Source of the DNA: a candidate division WOR-3 bacterium
Lineage (GTDB): Bacteria; Hydrothermota; Hydrothermia; JBDRYB01
NCBI GenBank assembly: GCA_039803205.1
Contig: JBDRYB010000003.1
Span: 64,001 to 128,000, forward strand
DNA length: 64,000 bases
Direction of reading: 5' to 3'
Below the pieces are notes generated by a model. It was given only the letters and a program-made list of their open reading frames with translations. It searched no databases and had not been told where the DNA came from. This document shows, one piece after another, positions 10,335 to 18,991 of this stretch. The position numbers and the translations under genes were made by a program. How positions within the stretch are numbered: the stretch's first letter is position 1; every line of letters starts with the position of its first letter.

Positions 10335-11392
10335 GAGCTCTCATCGTTGGTCCAGACATAAAAGGGGTCTCCGGAGAACCTACGCACATAAGAACCCTGC
10401 TTTCCTCACCCCTTTCCAAAGAGTTCTCCCTATCCTACTTTAGGGTTGGTGGAGGCGAACGAAGGGCAAGCCCAGAGAGCTTTCTGAGGAGGAACGCGGC
10501 CCGTTTCCTGTCGCCCATAGGGGTTGTCCTTAAGATCTTAACCCAGAGGCCCAGATTGGTTCACCTGAACAATACCTTCAACTTCAAGGGGCTTCTCAGG
10601 GATTGTAGCCTCCTTATTGCCGCTAAGCTCCTTGGCCGAAGGGTGATATTTGAGATGCACGGAGGCCACCCCGAGAGCTGGCTCTCCAGGCACAGGATAA
10701 TGAAACCTTTCGTCCTTTCAGCCCTGAGCCGGGCTGACAAGATAATAGCCCTCTCGGCCGAGCAGGAGAGGTTCCTTTCTGGGTTCCTGCCCAGAGGCCG
10801 GTTCAGGCGCATCCCAAACATGGTTGACCCCACCCAGTTCACCCCCTCTGTTCCTGTTGACCCACCTGCTCTTCTCTACATGGGCAGGTTGCACGAGCCA
10901 AAGGGGATATTCGTCCTACTAGAGGCCTTTGAAATGCTCAAGAGGGACTGTGAGCTCTGGTTTGCTGGGGACGGGCCTGACAGACCGAGGCTTGAGAGCA
11001 CGATCAGAGACAAAGGGGTTTCGGAAAGGGTAAAGATCCTGGGATTTGTCCTCGGCGAGGAGAAGAAAAGGGTCCTCTCCTCGGCCTATGCCTTGGTTCT
11101 ACCCTCTTTCCACGAGGGAATCCCCTACGCTATACTTGAGGCACTCGCCTCAGCCTTGCCCGTTGTGGCCACTGCCGTCGGAGGGGTTCCGGAGGTCGTG
11201 AGGGAAGGCCAGGAGGGTTTTCTCGTGCCACCAGGAAACCCTGTTGCCCTCGCGGAGGCCATAAAGAGATTGCTTTTGGATAGGGGTCTCAGGGATAATA
11301 TGGCCGTGAAGGCTCGCGAGCGCTCTTTTGATTTCTCTGTGGAGCGCGTATCAGCGCAGTATATTGAGGTTTATAGGGAGGTAGTGAGATGA
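10295..11392 (+). CDS. Glycosyltransferase family 4
   Basis: GRLHEPKG, PSFHEGIPYAILEALA (EX7E), GGVPEVV; start uncertain. Confidence 0.9.
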   Translation: MGTSATGKGGRDLRALIVGPDIKGVSGEPTHIRTLLSSPLSKEFSLSYFRVGGGERRASPESFLRRNAARFLSPIGVVLKILTQRPRLVHLNNTFNFKGLLRDCSLLIAAKLLGRRVIFEMHGGHPESWLSRHRIMKPFVLSALSRADKIIALSAEQERFLSGFLPRGRFRRIPNMVDPTQFTPSVPVDPPALLYMGRLHEPKGIFVLLEAFEMLKRDCELWFAGDGPDRPRLESTIRDKGVSERVKILGFVLGEEKKRVLSSAYALVLPSFHEGIPYAILEALASALPVVATAVGGVPEVVREGQEGFLVPPGNPVALAEAIKRLLLDRGLRDNMAVKARERSFDFSVERVSAQYIEVYREVVR

Positions 11393-12069
11393 AGGGCACC
11401 AAGAATGATAAGGAGCGTGAGCTCCGCGAACGCTTAAGCGCGAACCCGGAAGACTTCGGTGCGCACTATGAGCTTGGCGTTCTGCTTTCGGAACAGGGTA
11501 AGTATCCAGAGGCCGCGAAGGAGTTCCGAGAGGCGATACGAATAAGGCCCGAATATGCCGAGGCCCACAACGAGCTGGGGACAGTGCTTTTTGAGATGAG
11601 ACACGACGAAGAGGCTCTGGATGAGTTCATTAAGGCGATAGAGATAAATCCAGAATTTGTTGAGGCTCACCTGAACCTGGGATACGCAGTTTTTTATTTG
11701 GAACCTGATCGGTGGGAAGCTGAGGAGGAATTCCGAAGAGCTATAAGCATAGAACCGGATAATTCCCGGGCCCATTATGGTCTGGGTCTTGTGCTTTCTT
11801 ACGGAATCCGGGAAGGCGAATTTTCGGATTTCTCGGAGGAGGAAAAACGAGAGTACGCGAGGGAAGCTGAGAAAGAGTTCCGGGAGGTGATAAGGCTAGA
11901 CCCTGAATTTGCCGAAGCTTATCTCAGCTTGGGCGAACTGCTGTCTGAACTGGGTAAATTTAAAAAGGCGCGTAAAGAGATTGAGAAAGCCATAGAGCTC
12001 TTTGAAAAGAAGGGCCGAAAAGAGGACGCGAAGAAGGCCAGGGAGCTCCTGAGAGGGTTGCCGAAATAG
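11389..12069 (+). CDS. Tetratricopeptide repeat protein
   Basis: Repeated AHYxLG...AxxEFRxAIxIxP. Confidence 0.9.
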   Translation: MKGTKNDKERELRERLSANPEDFGAHYELGVLLSEQGKYPEAAKEFREAIRIRPEYAEAHNELGTVLFEMRHDEEALDEFIKAIEINPEFVEAHLNLGYAVFYLEPDRWEAEEEFRRAISIEPDNSRAHYGLGLVLSYGIREGEFSDFSEEEKREYAREAEKEFREVIRLDPEFAEAYLSLGELLSELGKFKKARKEIEKAIELFEKKGRKEDAKKARELLRGLPK

Positions 12070-12071
12070 AA

Positions 12072-12452
12072 ATGGAAAGGACTGATGGCGCGGACAAGCA
12101 CAGGAGGCTGGCTGACCACCTCGTCCACGAGGCCTGGTATGACATGGCTGAGGAGGAATACCGGAAGGCCATTGAGATGAACCCCATGGATGCCGAGGCC
12201 CACTACAACCTGGGGGTTTTGCTTTATAACCAAGGCAGATACGAGGAGGCCGAGAAGGAATTCCGGGAGGCAATACGGATAAAACCGGACTATGCCGGGG
12301 CACACCTCAGTCTGGGGCTTTTGCTTGCTGACTTACAGAGGTTTCCAGAAGCCAGGGCCGAGCTAGAAAATGCCATAGTGCTCTTTGAAAGGAAGGGCCG
12401 AAAAGAGGAAGCGGAGAATGTGAGGGATCTCTTGAGAAGATTGCTGGGATAA
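12072..12452 (+). CDS. Tetratricopeptide repeat protein, tandem paralog of 11389-12069
   Basis: TPR motifs; C-terminus LFERKGRKEEA matches LFEKKGRKEDA upstream. Confidence 0.88.
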   Translation: MERTDGADKHRRLADHLVHEAWYDMAEEEYRKAIEMNPMDAEAHYNLGVLLYNQGRYEEAEKEFREAIRIKPDYAGAHLSLGLLLADLQRFPEARAELENAIVLFERKGRKEEAENVRDLLRRLLG

Positions 12453-12473
12453 GGTGGCCCAGGATTACCGTTC

Positions 12474-12938
12474 TCATTCCAGGCCGAGCTTTTGGAGGAG
12501 GCCTGTTGTTGAATAACCCTCGAGATAAGGGACGATAACAACCTCTCCGCCTCTGGATCTCACAAACTCAGCGCCAACTATCTCATCCTCCCGCCAGTCC
12601 CCTCCCTTTACCAGGACATCCGGTCTTATTGCCTCTATGAGCTCCAAAGGGGTGTCTTCGGAAAAGGGGATCACATGGTCAACATAGCGTATTGCTGATA
12701 AAACCTCGGCCCTTGCCTCTAGGGGGTTTATGGGCCTCTCAGGGCCCTTTAGCCTTCTGACCGAACCATCATCGTTGAGGCCAACCAAAAGGACATCCCC
12801 TAGGCTTTTGGCAGTCCTAAGAAGGTGAATGTGGCCCGGGTGCACTATGTCAAAACACCCGTTCGTGAAAACGATTATCTTGCCGAGGCCCCTCATTTCA
12901 TCAGCGAGGGACGCGGCCTCGTTCGCAGAAAGGATCAT
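12474..12938 (-). CDS. rfaE2: D-glycero-beta-D-manno-heptose 1-phosphate adenylyltransferase
   Basis: [36 protein letters not shown]. Confidence 0.93.
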   Translation of the reverse strand: MILSANEAASLADEMRGLGKIIVFTNGCFDIVHPGHIHLLRTAKSLGDVLLVGLNDDGSVRRLKGPERPINPLEARAEVLSAIRYVDHVIPFSEDTPLELIEAIRPDVLVKGGDWREDEIVGAEFVRSRGGEVVIVPYLEGYSTTGLLQKLGLE

Positions 12939-13435
12939 GGCTCCCTTCTCAGCGCAAAATAGAGTAATGCCACAGCGAGGTCGTGGAGGTCAAGCCTGCC
13001 ATCCATGTTCGGATCAGGCGAATCCAGGGTTCCCTGGGTGAGGTGTATCTGGTAGGCCAGTTTCAGAAAAGCGAACATCGCCTCACGGGGAATGTCTTCA
13101 AGCCTCGGGTGCCACTCAAGAACATCCCTCTCGCCCATCGCGGATACGCATTCCTCGCATGTGGGGACCAGGTTGTCCTTGCCCCTCAGGATGTGGAGGA
13201 GGCGCTGGTCCCCCCCAGCCCTCTGCGGCGGGATAACCGGCCAAGGCCTCACTCCCTCGGTCCTGCCGCAATAGACGCAGGAAACCTTTGTGCCTAACAA
13301 CTCTTCATCCTCACGGGTTAATCGTTTCCACTGGTGCGGAAACCTCACGAATGCTTCTAGATCAGGGCCATCAAGGCCCCGGACATACTTGCCGTAGAGA
13401 AAATGTATCAGCTCCCTGATGTTCCTGGGGTTCAT
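12935..13435 (-). CDS. HNH-fold zinc-binding protein, probably catalytically degenerate
   Basis: CVYCG...NLVPTCEEC; usual DHV is WPV; C-terminal [12 protein letters not shown]a-loop-like motif. Confidence 0.6.
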   Translation of the reverse strand: MNPRNIRELIHFLYGKYVRGLDGPDLEAFVRFPHQWKRLTREDEELLGTKVSCVYCGRTEGVRPWPVIPPQRAGGDQRLLHILRGKDNLVPTCEECVSAMGERDVLEWHPRLEDIPREAMFAFLKLAYQIHLTQGTLDSPDPNMDGRLDLHDLAVALLYFALRREP

Positions 13436-13908
13436 CCGGGCCTTATGAGAAACAGAACCTGCCCGTATTCAACCGGCTGAGCGTTCTCAACAAGTATCTT
13501 CACCACCTCGCCGTCCACATCCGATTCTATCTCGTTCATAACCTTCATGGCCTCAACTATGCAGAGGGTTTGTCCCTTCCGAACCCTCTTGCCCACATCC
13601 GTGAAAGGCTCTGCGCCCGGCGCCGGCGCCCTGTAGAATGTCCCGACAATGGGGGAGCGGATGGGATGCAATCCCTCTGGTATCTCCTCTGCCTCCTCGG
13701 GTTTGGGCTTCTCGGCGGCCTCAACCGGACGAGCTGTCCCAGGGACCGGCTGTTGCAGGACTGGCGCCGAGAGCACCTGGGCAGGGGCTTCTGGCTTTGG
13801 TTTTGAAAGATAGACCCTGAAATCCCTCGTTTCTATCTCAAGTTCAGCGAGGCCTGATCCCTCCAGGAGCGCGATGAGTTCCTTTATCAGCTCTCTGTCC
13901 AGTTTCAA
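13432..13908 (-). CDS. accB: Acetyl-CoA carboxylase biotin carboxyl carrier protein
   Basis: SPIVGTFYRAP, EAMKVMNEI biotinylation motif. Confidence 0.96.
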   Translation of the reverse strand: MKLDRELIKELIALLEGSGLAELEIETRDFRVYLSKPKPEAPAQVLSAPVLQQPVPGTARPVEAAEKPKPEEAEEIPEGLHPIRSPIVGTFYRAPAPGAEPFTDVGKRVRKGQTLCIVEAMKVMNEIESDVDGEVVKILVENAQPVEYGQVLFLIRPG

Positions 13909-13910
13909 CG

Positions 13911-14459
13911 CTATACCCTCTCTATGTAGCGGTCATCCCGGGTGTCTATTCTGACCGTGTCCCCAACCTCTATGAATAGAGGAACCTGGATTATGAGGCC
14001 CGTTTCAAGCTTGGCTGGTTTTGAGCCGCCTGAGGCTGTGTCCCCCTTAACACCAGGGGTGGTTTCTATTACCTTGAGCTCAACGAAGTTCGGAGGCTCA
14101 ACGCTCGCTGGAGAGTTGTCTATGTAAAGAAGGTTGACCTCGGTTCCCTCCTTGATGTATGGGAGGATTGAGCTGATGGCAGACCTCGGGAACCTCACCT
14201 CCTCGTATGTCTCGTTGTTGAAGAAGACCATGTCCTCTCCGGCCGCGTAAGAGAAAACCCCTGGAAACCGCTCAACCCTGAGCTCCTCAAACTCATCCGA
14301 TTCCCTTATGGTAACCTCCCTGACTGCTCCGGTGAGGAGGTTGCGCAATTTCGCTGTCATGGTAGCCCCGCCTCTGCCCTTGTGGGTGTGTTTGAATGAC
14401 ATAACGATCCAGGTCTCGCCCTGCCACCTCAGAGCCATCCCAGTTCTTATCTCAGGCAT
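13911..14459 (-). CDS. efp: Elongation factor P (Arg at loop tip)
   Basis: HKGRGGA loop, PGVKGDTA, KPAKLETG, VPLFI. Confidence 0.96.
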   Translation of the reverse strand: MPEIRTGMALRWQGETWIVMSFKHTHKGRGGATMTAKLRNLLTGAVREVTIRESDEFEELRVERFPGVFSYAAGEDMVFFNNETYEEVRFPRSAISSILPYIKEGTEVNLLYIDNSPASVEPPNFVELKVIETTPGVKGDTASGGSKPAKLETGLIIQVPLFIEVGDTVRIDTRDDRYIERV

Positions 14460-14549
14460 ACCGAGATTTTAATCTAGACGAACAAAGGGTTTCAACCTCG
14501 TTGTTCCGAATGAGACTATATCCTGGGCTCCAATTGGTAATCCGACCCC

Positions 14550-15305
14550 TTATTTTACCCCTGGCCCCAGGGTGTATCCGAACCAGGTTCCAACGCCTCC
14601 ATAGGAGGAAGCGTCAGCGTCCTCAGCGCCCCAAATCATGCCGTTTGCCCAGGAGAGGCTCATTCCGTGGAAGGTATCCTTCAGCTTGAGTGTTCCGAGC
14701 TGGTTGCCCTTCTTGTCAAGGACATAGACCGTCCCTTCCTCATCCCAAGTGAAAAGGTAATCCTTGCTCGCGGCAATAGTGCAGCTGTAAGGAAATTCTC
14801 CGCACGGTATCCCCCCTATTGTCTCTATTACCTCCATGGATGGAAAATTCATCACATATAGGGTTCCATCAACAAGCTCGTAGATCCTTTTCCCAGAGGG
14901 ATCAAGCGCCGGGGAGCTTTGGTTATCGTTGAAGATCCCTTCGGCCACTACGCTCACATCCCCTGTTTTGGGGTTATAGACGAGGAGGTCCCTCATGTAG
15001 CTCTTTATGTATATCTTGCCGTCGTAGGGGTTGTAGAATATTGCCCTACCGTCAACCTGCACATCCGAGGAGCTCACGAGATTGCCCTCGGCATCGTATC
15101 TGTTGACCTTTCCGTATCCCTCGTTACCTCCGTTGATGGTGTAATAATACTTGCCGTCAAAGGTTATCCCTACATTGTGGAAGAAGACCTCGTCCGAGAT
15201 CTTCATGGCCAACGAAGGCTGGAGTCCCGTTTCCGGCAAGGAAACTGCCCTCGGGGCGCAAGCACAGAACATCAAAAAAGCTGTAGTTAAAGAAAGCTTT
15301 TTCAT
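14550..15305 (-). CDS. Lipoprotein with probable beta-propeller fold
   Basis: Signal with lipobox CAC; GITFDGKYYY-like blade motifs. Confidence 0.65.
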   Translation of the reverse strand: MKKLSLTTAFLMFCACAPRAVSLPETGLQPSLAMKISDEVFFHNVGITFDGKYYYTINGGNEGYGKVNRYDAEGNLVSSSDVQVDGRAIFYNPYDGKIYIKSYMRDLLVYNPKTGDVSVVAEGIFNDNQSSPALDPSGKRIYELVDGTLYVMNFPSMEVIETIGGIPCGEFPYSCTIAASKDYLFTWDEEGTVYVLDKKGNQLGTLKLKDTFHGMSLSWANGMIWGAEDADASSYGGVGTWFGYTLGPGVK

Positions 15306-15387
15306 ATGCCCTTAAATTATAAGGCCGAGGGTTGGGGGAGAGAAACTTGAGGATCGGCCTGAGATCTCAGCTTTTCCATCCCCCAAA

Positions 15388-15760
15388 ACCCTTATCCTGC
15401 AAACCGAAGCTCGGAAGCCTTGAGGCAATAATGACCCGAGATGGCCCTAATAGATGAGAATATTCCGCGGCCCCAAGGAGGAAGGGCCGGGAAAGGAGAA
15501 AAAATATGACCCTTTCTCCATAAGTATCAAGCAAGCTGAAGCTCTGGCTCAAGTCCATGGGGGCCAAAGAGGGTCTCGTCCTGGGCAAGGTGCGCATCTA
15601 GGCAATTGAGTATTCCCCCTCAAGCCTCGCATGGTGGGAGGCAAAGTCTGAGGTCAAAAGGGCTTCCTCAGGGGATACATGGATGCGATGAACCTCGTGA
15701 TATACCTGCAAGGACATGGACAGCGCGGATGAGGATATGTTCCTTTCCCAACTGACCATA
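15388..15760 (+). pseudogene. Probable heavily decayed tyrosine recombinase/integrase fragment
   Basis: Across frameshifts and stops: TLILQTEARK (box A-like), AGKGEK, LSP*VSSKLKLWLKSMGAKEGLV, FLRGYMDAMNLVIY (box C-like), in the expected order; adjacent to tRNA fragment. Confidence 0.4.
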
Positions 15761-15834
15761 ACTGACCGAAAATGGGGTATTTTTCACGCTTTTTCGTTAG
15801 GGAACAAAATCTTGGAAACCCGCATAAAATAAAG

Positions 15835-15876
15835 TGGGCTGTGAAGGAGTTGAACCTTCGGCACCCGGATTAAAAA
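15835..15876 (-). pseudogene. 3' half of a tRNA-Lys(UUU), att-site-like remnant
   Basis: Minus strand tttttaa-tccgg-gtgcc-gaagg-ttcaact-ccttc-acagccc-a gives anticodon loop, T-arm and acceptor 3' strand; no D-arm or acceptor 5' strand upstream. Confidence 0.75.
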
Positions 15877-16237
15877 TCGGGCCTTTGGGTGTTATAATCC
15901 TTGTCCCGTGATGAGTTCAGAGATCGCCCCTGTTTGAGTGTGCGCGATGCGCGCGCGGACACCGGATGAACCAATCGCACCCATGCTAACCAGTTCGCTA
16001 TCATTCAACTTCATGTCCCCAGAAGCCATGAGGACTTGGTGATATAGGCTTCCCGAAGAGAAGAAAAGCGTCGAGGAGTAAAGAGCCTCTGGATATGGCA
16101 AAGGGTTGGCCACCCTCGGCCAAAATCCCTCCCCCAAACCCTGGAATCCCCTCCGGGAGCCAGAATCCGATCAGCTTGCACGGAGGGAGGGCCGTCTGTA
16201 TTATAATATGGGCCTATCTGTAAAGGAGGCTTGAGAC

Positions 16238-17485
16238 ATGGGAAAGGACGAGAAGATGAGAACCCTCTTGAGGGGGTTGGGGATGGTGGTGGCCTTGGTT
16301 GTGGGGGCGGGGTGGATGGGAATGGGAGCAAGCTGCGGGCCTGTGGCGCGTGGGCCATACATGGGCGTAGAACATCCGCCAGGAATAGCAGGAGATTCAG
16401 CCAGGATATATATTGACAAAGTGTTGGCCGAGTACGATTCCGTGGTCTATGTGGCTATAGTAGCTTCAGACAGCAGTGGTTCGGCTGGTTTGAGAGTTCA
16501 ATGGGTTTGGTTTGATTGGGATGATCCCGCGGATCCGCCGGTTGATCCCAACGATAATCCTCCATGGCATTGGGGTAATGATAACTACGCACCACCAGGA
16601 GGAGACGCGAGTTTCGGAGATATAGAGACCACCCTTAGCCAAAATGGAATCGCCAGAATAACTTGGGATTTTAAGGACCTTTCTTACATTCACCCCTGCC
16701 TGGGCAATAATTACCTAATAGAGGCTGAAATTCAATATGACGAACCGCAAAAAGCTGAATTAGAAGTATTCTACTGGAAGCGCATACGAATGGAAGTGGA
16801 CAAGTTGAACCTGGACGGCCATGTTTATGATTTTACGAGTAAGAAGGTTTATCCTAAAGCGGGAGAATACTTTCGGGGCAATGATGACCCTAATTTTAAC
16901 ACCTACATTGAATTTGACTCAACAACAAAAGCTTCTGGTAAACCGAGATGGTATCTGATAGAGGATGATATTGTGACAGATGATGAACTCAGGAATCATG
17001 ATCCAATGCTGTATCCTCCTGCTGATCCAGTGGAAGATCCGAATGCGTGGAAGGTTCAAGCAGAAGAATTACAGGAGCTTTATCGCGACTACGATGGATG
17101 GGAGGTTGGCCCTAAGGATGAGTGTATAGCTTACGCATTCCTTTTTGATGAAGTTCCTGGTCGCCCCAGCGTGAAGGGCGCAACACTCTGCGGTTCCGGA
17201 GTACCCATTGATAACCGAATTTTATGTGTATACTTAAAGGTTATTCCAGGCGATAACGATCCTGTAGAGTTTTTAGAAGCTCTGGCGCTGACACATGAGC
17301 TAGGACACTTTCTCTATGATCTTGATGATGTCAGTGGATCTACAAAGTGCATAATGAATCCCGTTTTCTTCTATGCCTGGGATCTTTATTATGATTGCCA
17401 TTTCCACACTGATTATATTATTCAAATTCGGCACGGTAATTTTCAGATTTTTAAGAATAACGAAAAAAAGGAGGTCAGAAGATGA
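16238..17485 (+). CDS. Putative lipoprotein zinc metalloprotease (metzincin-like)
   Basis: Hydrophobic N-terminus ending GASC; THELGHFLYDLDD followed by CIM Met-turn; visibly AT-richer than flanks. Confidence 0.7.
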   Translation: MGKDEKMRTLLRGLGMVVALVVGAGWMGMGASCGPVARGPYMGVEHPPGIAGDSARIYIDKVLAEYDSVVYVAIVASDSSGSAGLRVQWVWFDWDDPADPPVDPNDNPPWHWGNDNYAPPGGDASFGDIETTLSQNGIARITWDFKDLSYIHPCLGNNYLIEAEIQYDEPQKAELEVFYWKRIRMEVDKLNLDGHVYDFTSKKVYPKAGEYFRGNDDPNFNTYIEFDSTTKASGKPRWYLIEDDIVTDDELRNHDPMLYPPADPVEDPNAWKVQAEELQELYRDYDGWEVGPKDECIAYAFLFDEVPGRPSVKGATLCGSGVPIDNRILCVYLKVIPGDNDPVEFLEALALTHELGHFLYDLDDVSGSTKCIMNPVFFYAWDLYYDCHFHTDYIIQIRHGNFQIFKNNEKKEVRR

Positions 17486-18438
17486 TCCTTTTGCTTCTCT
17501 CGCAGATAACCATGAGTTGTCAGGTGCTGAATCCCCGGGAATCCTATTACTCGGTTGGCTTATTGGGGGAGGATGAACCTCTTCTAGTCGCGATAACCTA
17601 TAAGAATACAGGGGATAGCACTATATACCTTGCAGCCTGGCCCTATGGTTTCGTGGGGGCAGTTTTGGGTTCTCCATGCATTATAGCCCAAGACGCAAAG
17701 GGCAACGAGATTCCGTGGACTAGTCCTGTAAGGGCGCTCTATGTCCCAACAGAACCATTACCCCATAAGACCATGGGGATTTATCTTCATCCCGGAGAAT
17801 CGTTGATCTCGGTAGACAATGTCTTAGAATTTTTGGATATCCGGAAAGCTCATCCCCCTATTACCCTTCTAGGGGTTAAATACTCTGGTATCTATGCAGG
17901 AAAACCTCTCTGTGAGATATGTTGGGATGGTTCAGCAGAAGCATATCTAACTAACCCTTTTGTGTTCTCTCTGGATACTGCGAAACCTTCTGAGGAAGAG
18001 TTTTACCGGACCAATGCATTGGCTTGGTCACGGCATATTAGCGATTCCATAACAGCTGCTACCGCGTTTTCCCCAGAAGAGAAGTTTAGATTAAGAATGG
18101 CAATCGGCTACCGTTCCTGCAAAAGGATTTTAGCCATAGAGGAAGCGGCTCCCTATGCTTACTATTTCCTTCTGTATCTTCTTGTTTCTAATTACTGGAC
18201 AATGAATCCTTCTGTTCTGGGCTATACTCCCTATGCCCTCCTTGATTCCCTCCGAGCCGAATTTCCGGATCATCCTTACCTTTCTGACGAATACTGGTGG
18301 TGGCTTCCAAGGATAATAGATTACAAAATTGAATATTCCGAAAGCTGCCTGAAGAACCCTAAGTATTCCAGGTACTCCGATATCTTCATCAGTGCGCACG
18401 AATGGCACAATCTTATGAAAAAGGAGGGAAGGGAATGA
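17482..18438 (+). CDS. Hypothetical exported protein, coupled to the metalloprotease
   Basis: ATGA overlap, GGAGG RBS, short hydrophobic start MILLLLSQ; AT-rich. Confidence 0.7.
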   Translation: MILLLLSQITMSCQVLNPRESYYSVGLLGEDEPLLVAITYKNTGDSTIYLAAWPYGFVGAVLGSPCIIAQDAKGNEIPWTSPVRALYVPTEPLPHKTMGIYLHPGESLISVDNVLEFLDIRKAHPPITLLGVKYSGIYAGKPLCEICWDGSAEAYLTNPFVFSLDTAKPSEEEFYRTNALAWSRHISDSITAATAFSPEEKFRLRMAIGYRSCKRILAIEEAAPYAYYFLLYLLVSNYWTMNPSVLGYTPYALLDSLRAEFPDHPYLSDEYWWWLPRIIDYKIEYSESCLKNPKYSRYSDIFISAHEWHNLMKKEGRE

Positions 18439-18626
18439 GCCTGGCGCTTTGTTTGCTACTAATCGTGGACTACTTCCGGCAGATCCCATTAGTTAACGAG
18501 CCAGAGCTTACCATCTGGCGGTTCAACAAGGCCGGGCCCACGAATACTTTGGCTCGGACAAGGACCTTTCTCAAGATAGGCCGCCAGAACCTCGGCACTT
18601 TTCGGCCCAGAACCTCCCTTCCGTGA
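18435..18626 (+). pseudogene. Short, probably truncated third gene of the low-GC operon
   Basis: ATGA overlap, GGAGG upstream, hydrophobic start MSLALCLLLI, ends after 63 aa. Confidence 0.35.
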
Positions 18627-18991
18627 ACCTTGAAATCCCGGAATCGGCTCCGGGACTGGAAATCCCGATCCTTACCCGACCCACTTTCAACCCCTTCTAA
18701 GTCCTTGGCTGGCAAAGACTCAGGCCGAAGTGCCGATGGCCCAAGAACTTAGCTGAGCTAAAATGCGAAATTCTCTGATTACATCGGGAATATCTGGATT
18801 GATGGTTTTGGGGTTCCGGGGGCCAAAAATGCCGGTTTCCGGCCCAGCTAAGGGCCAAAACAGGGAAAAATATACTGATCAGATCAGGGTATCGTGGATG
18901 CAGTGAAGCTTAAGGGGCATTATAAGGACGAGAGCTTGACCGGCCATAAGTAATGGCTTATAATTTTCAGAACCTTAAAGGGAGGTTTGCG

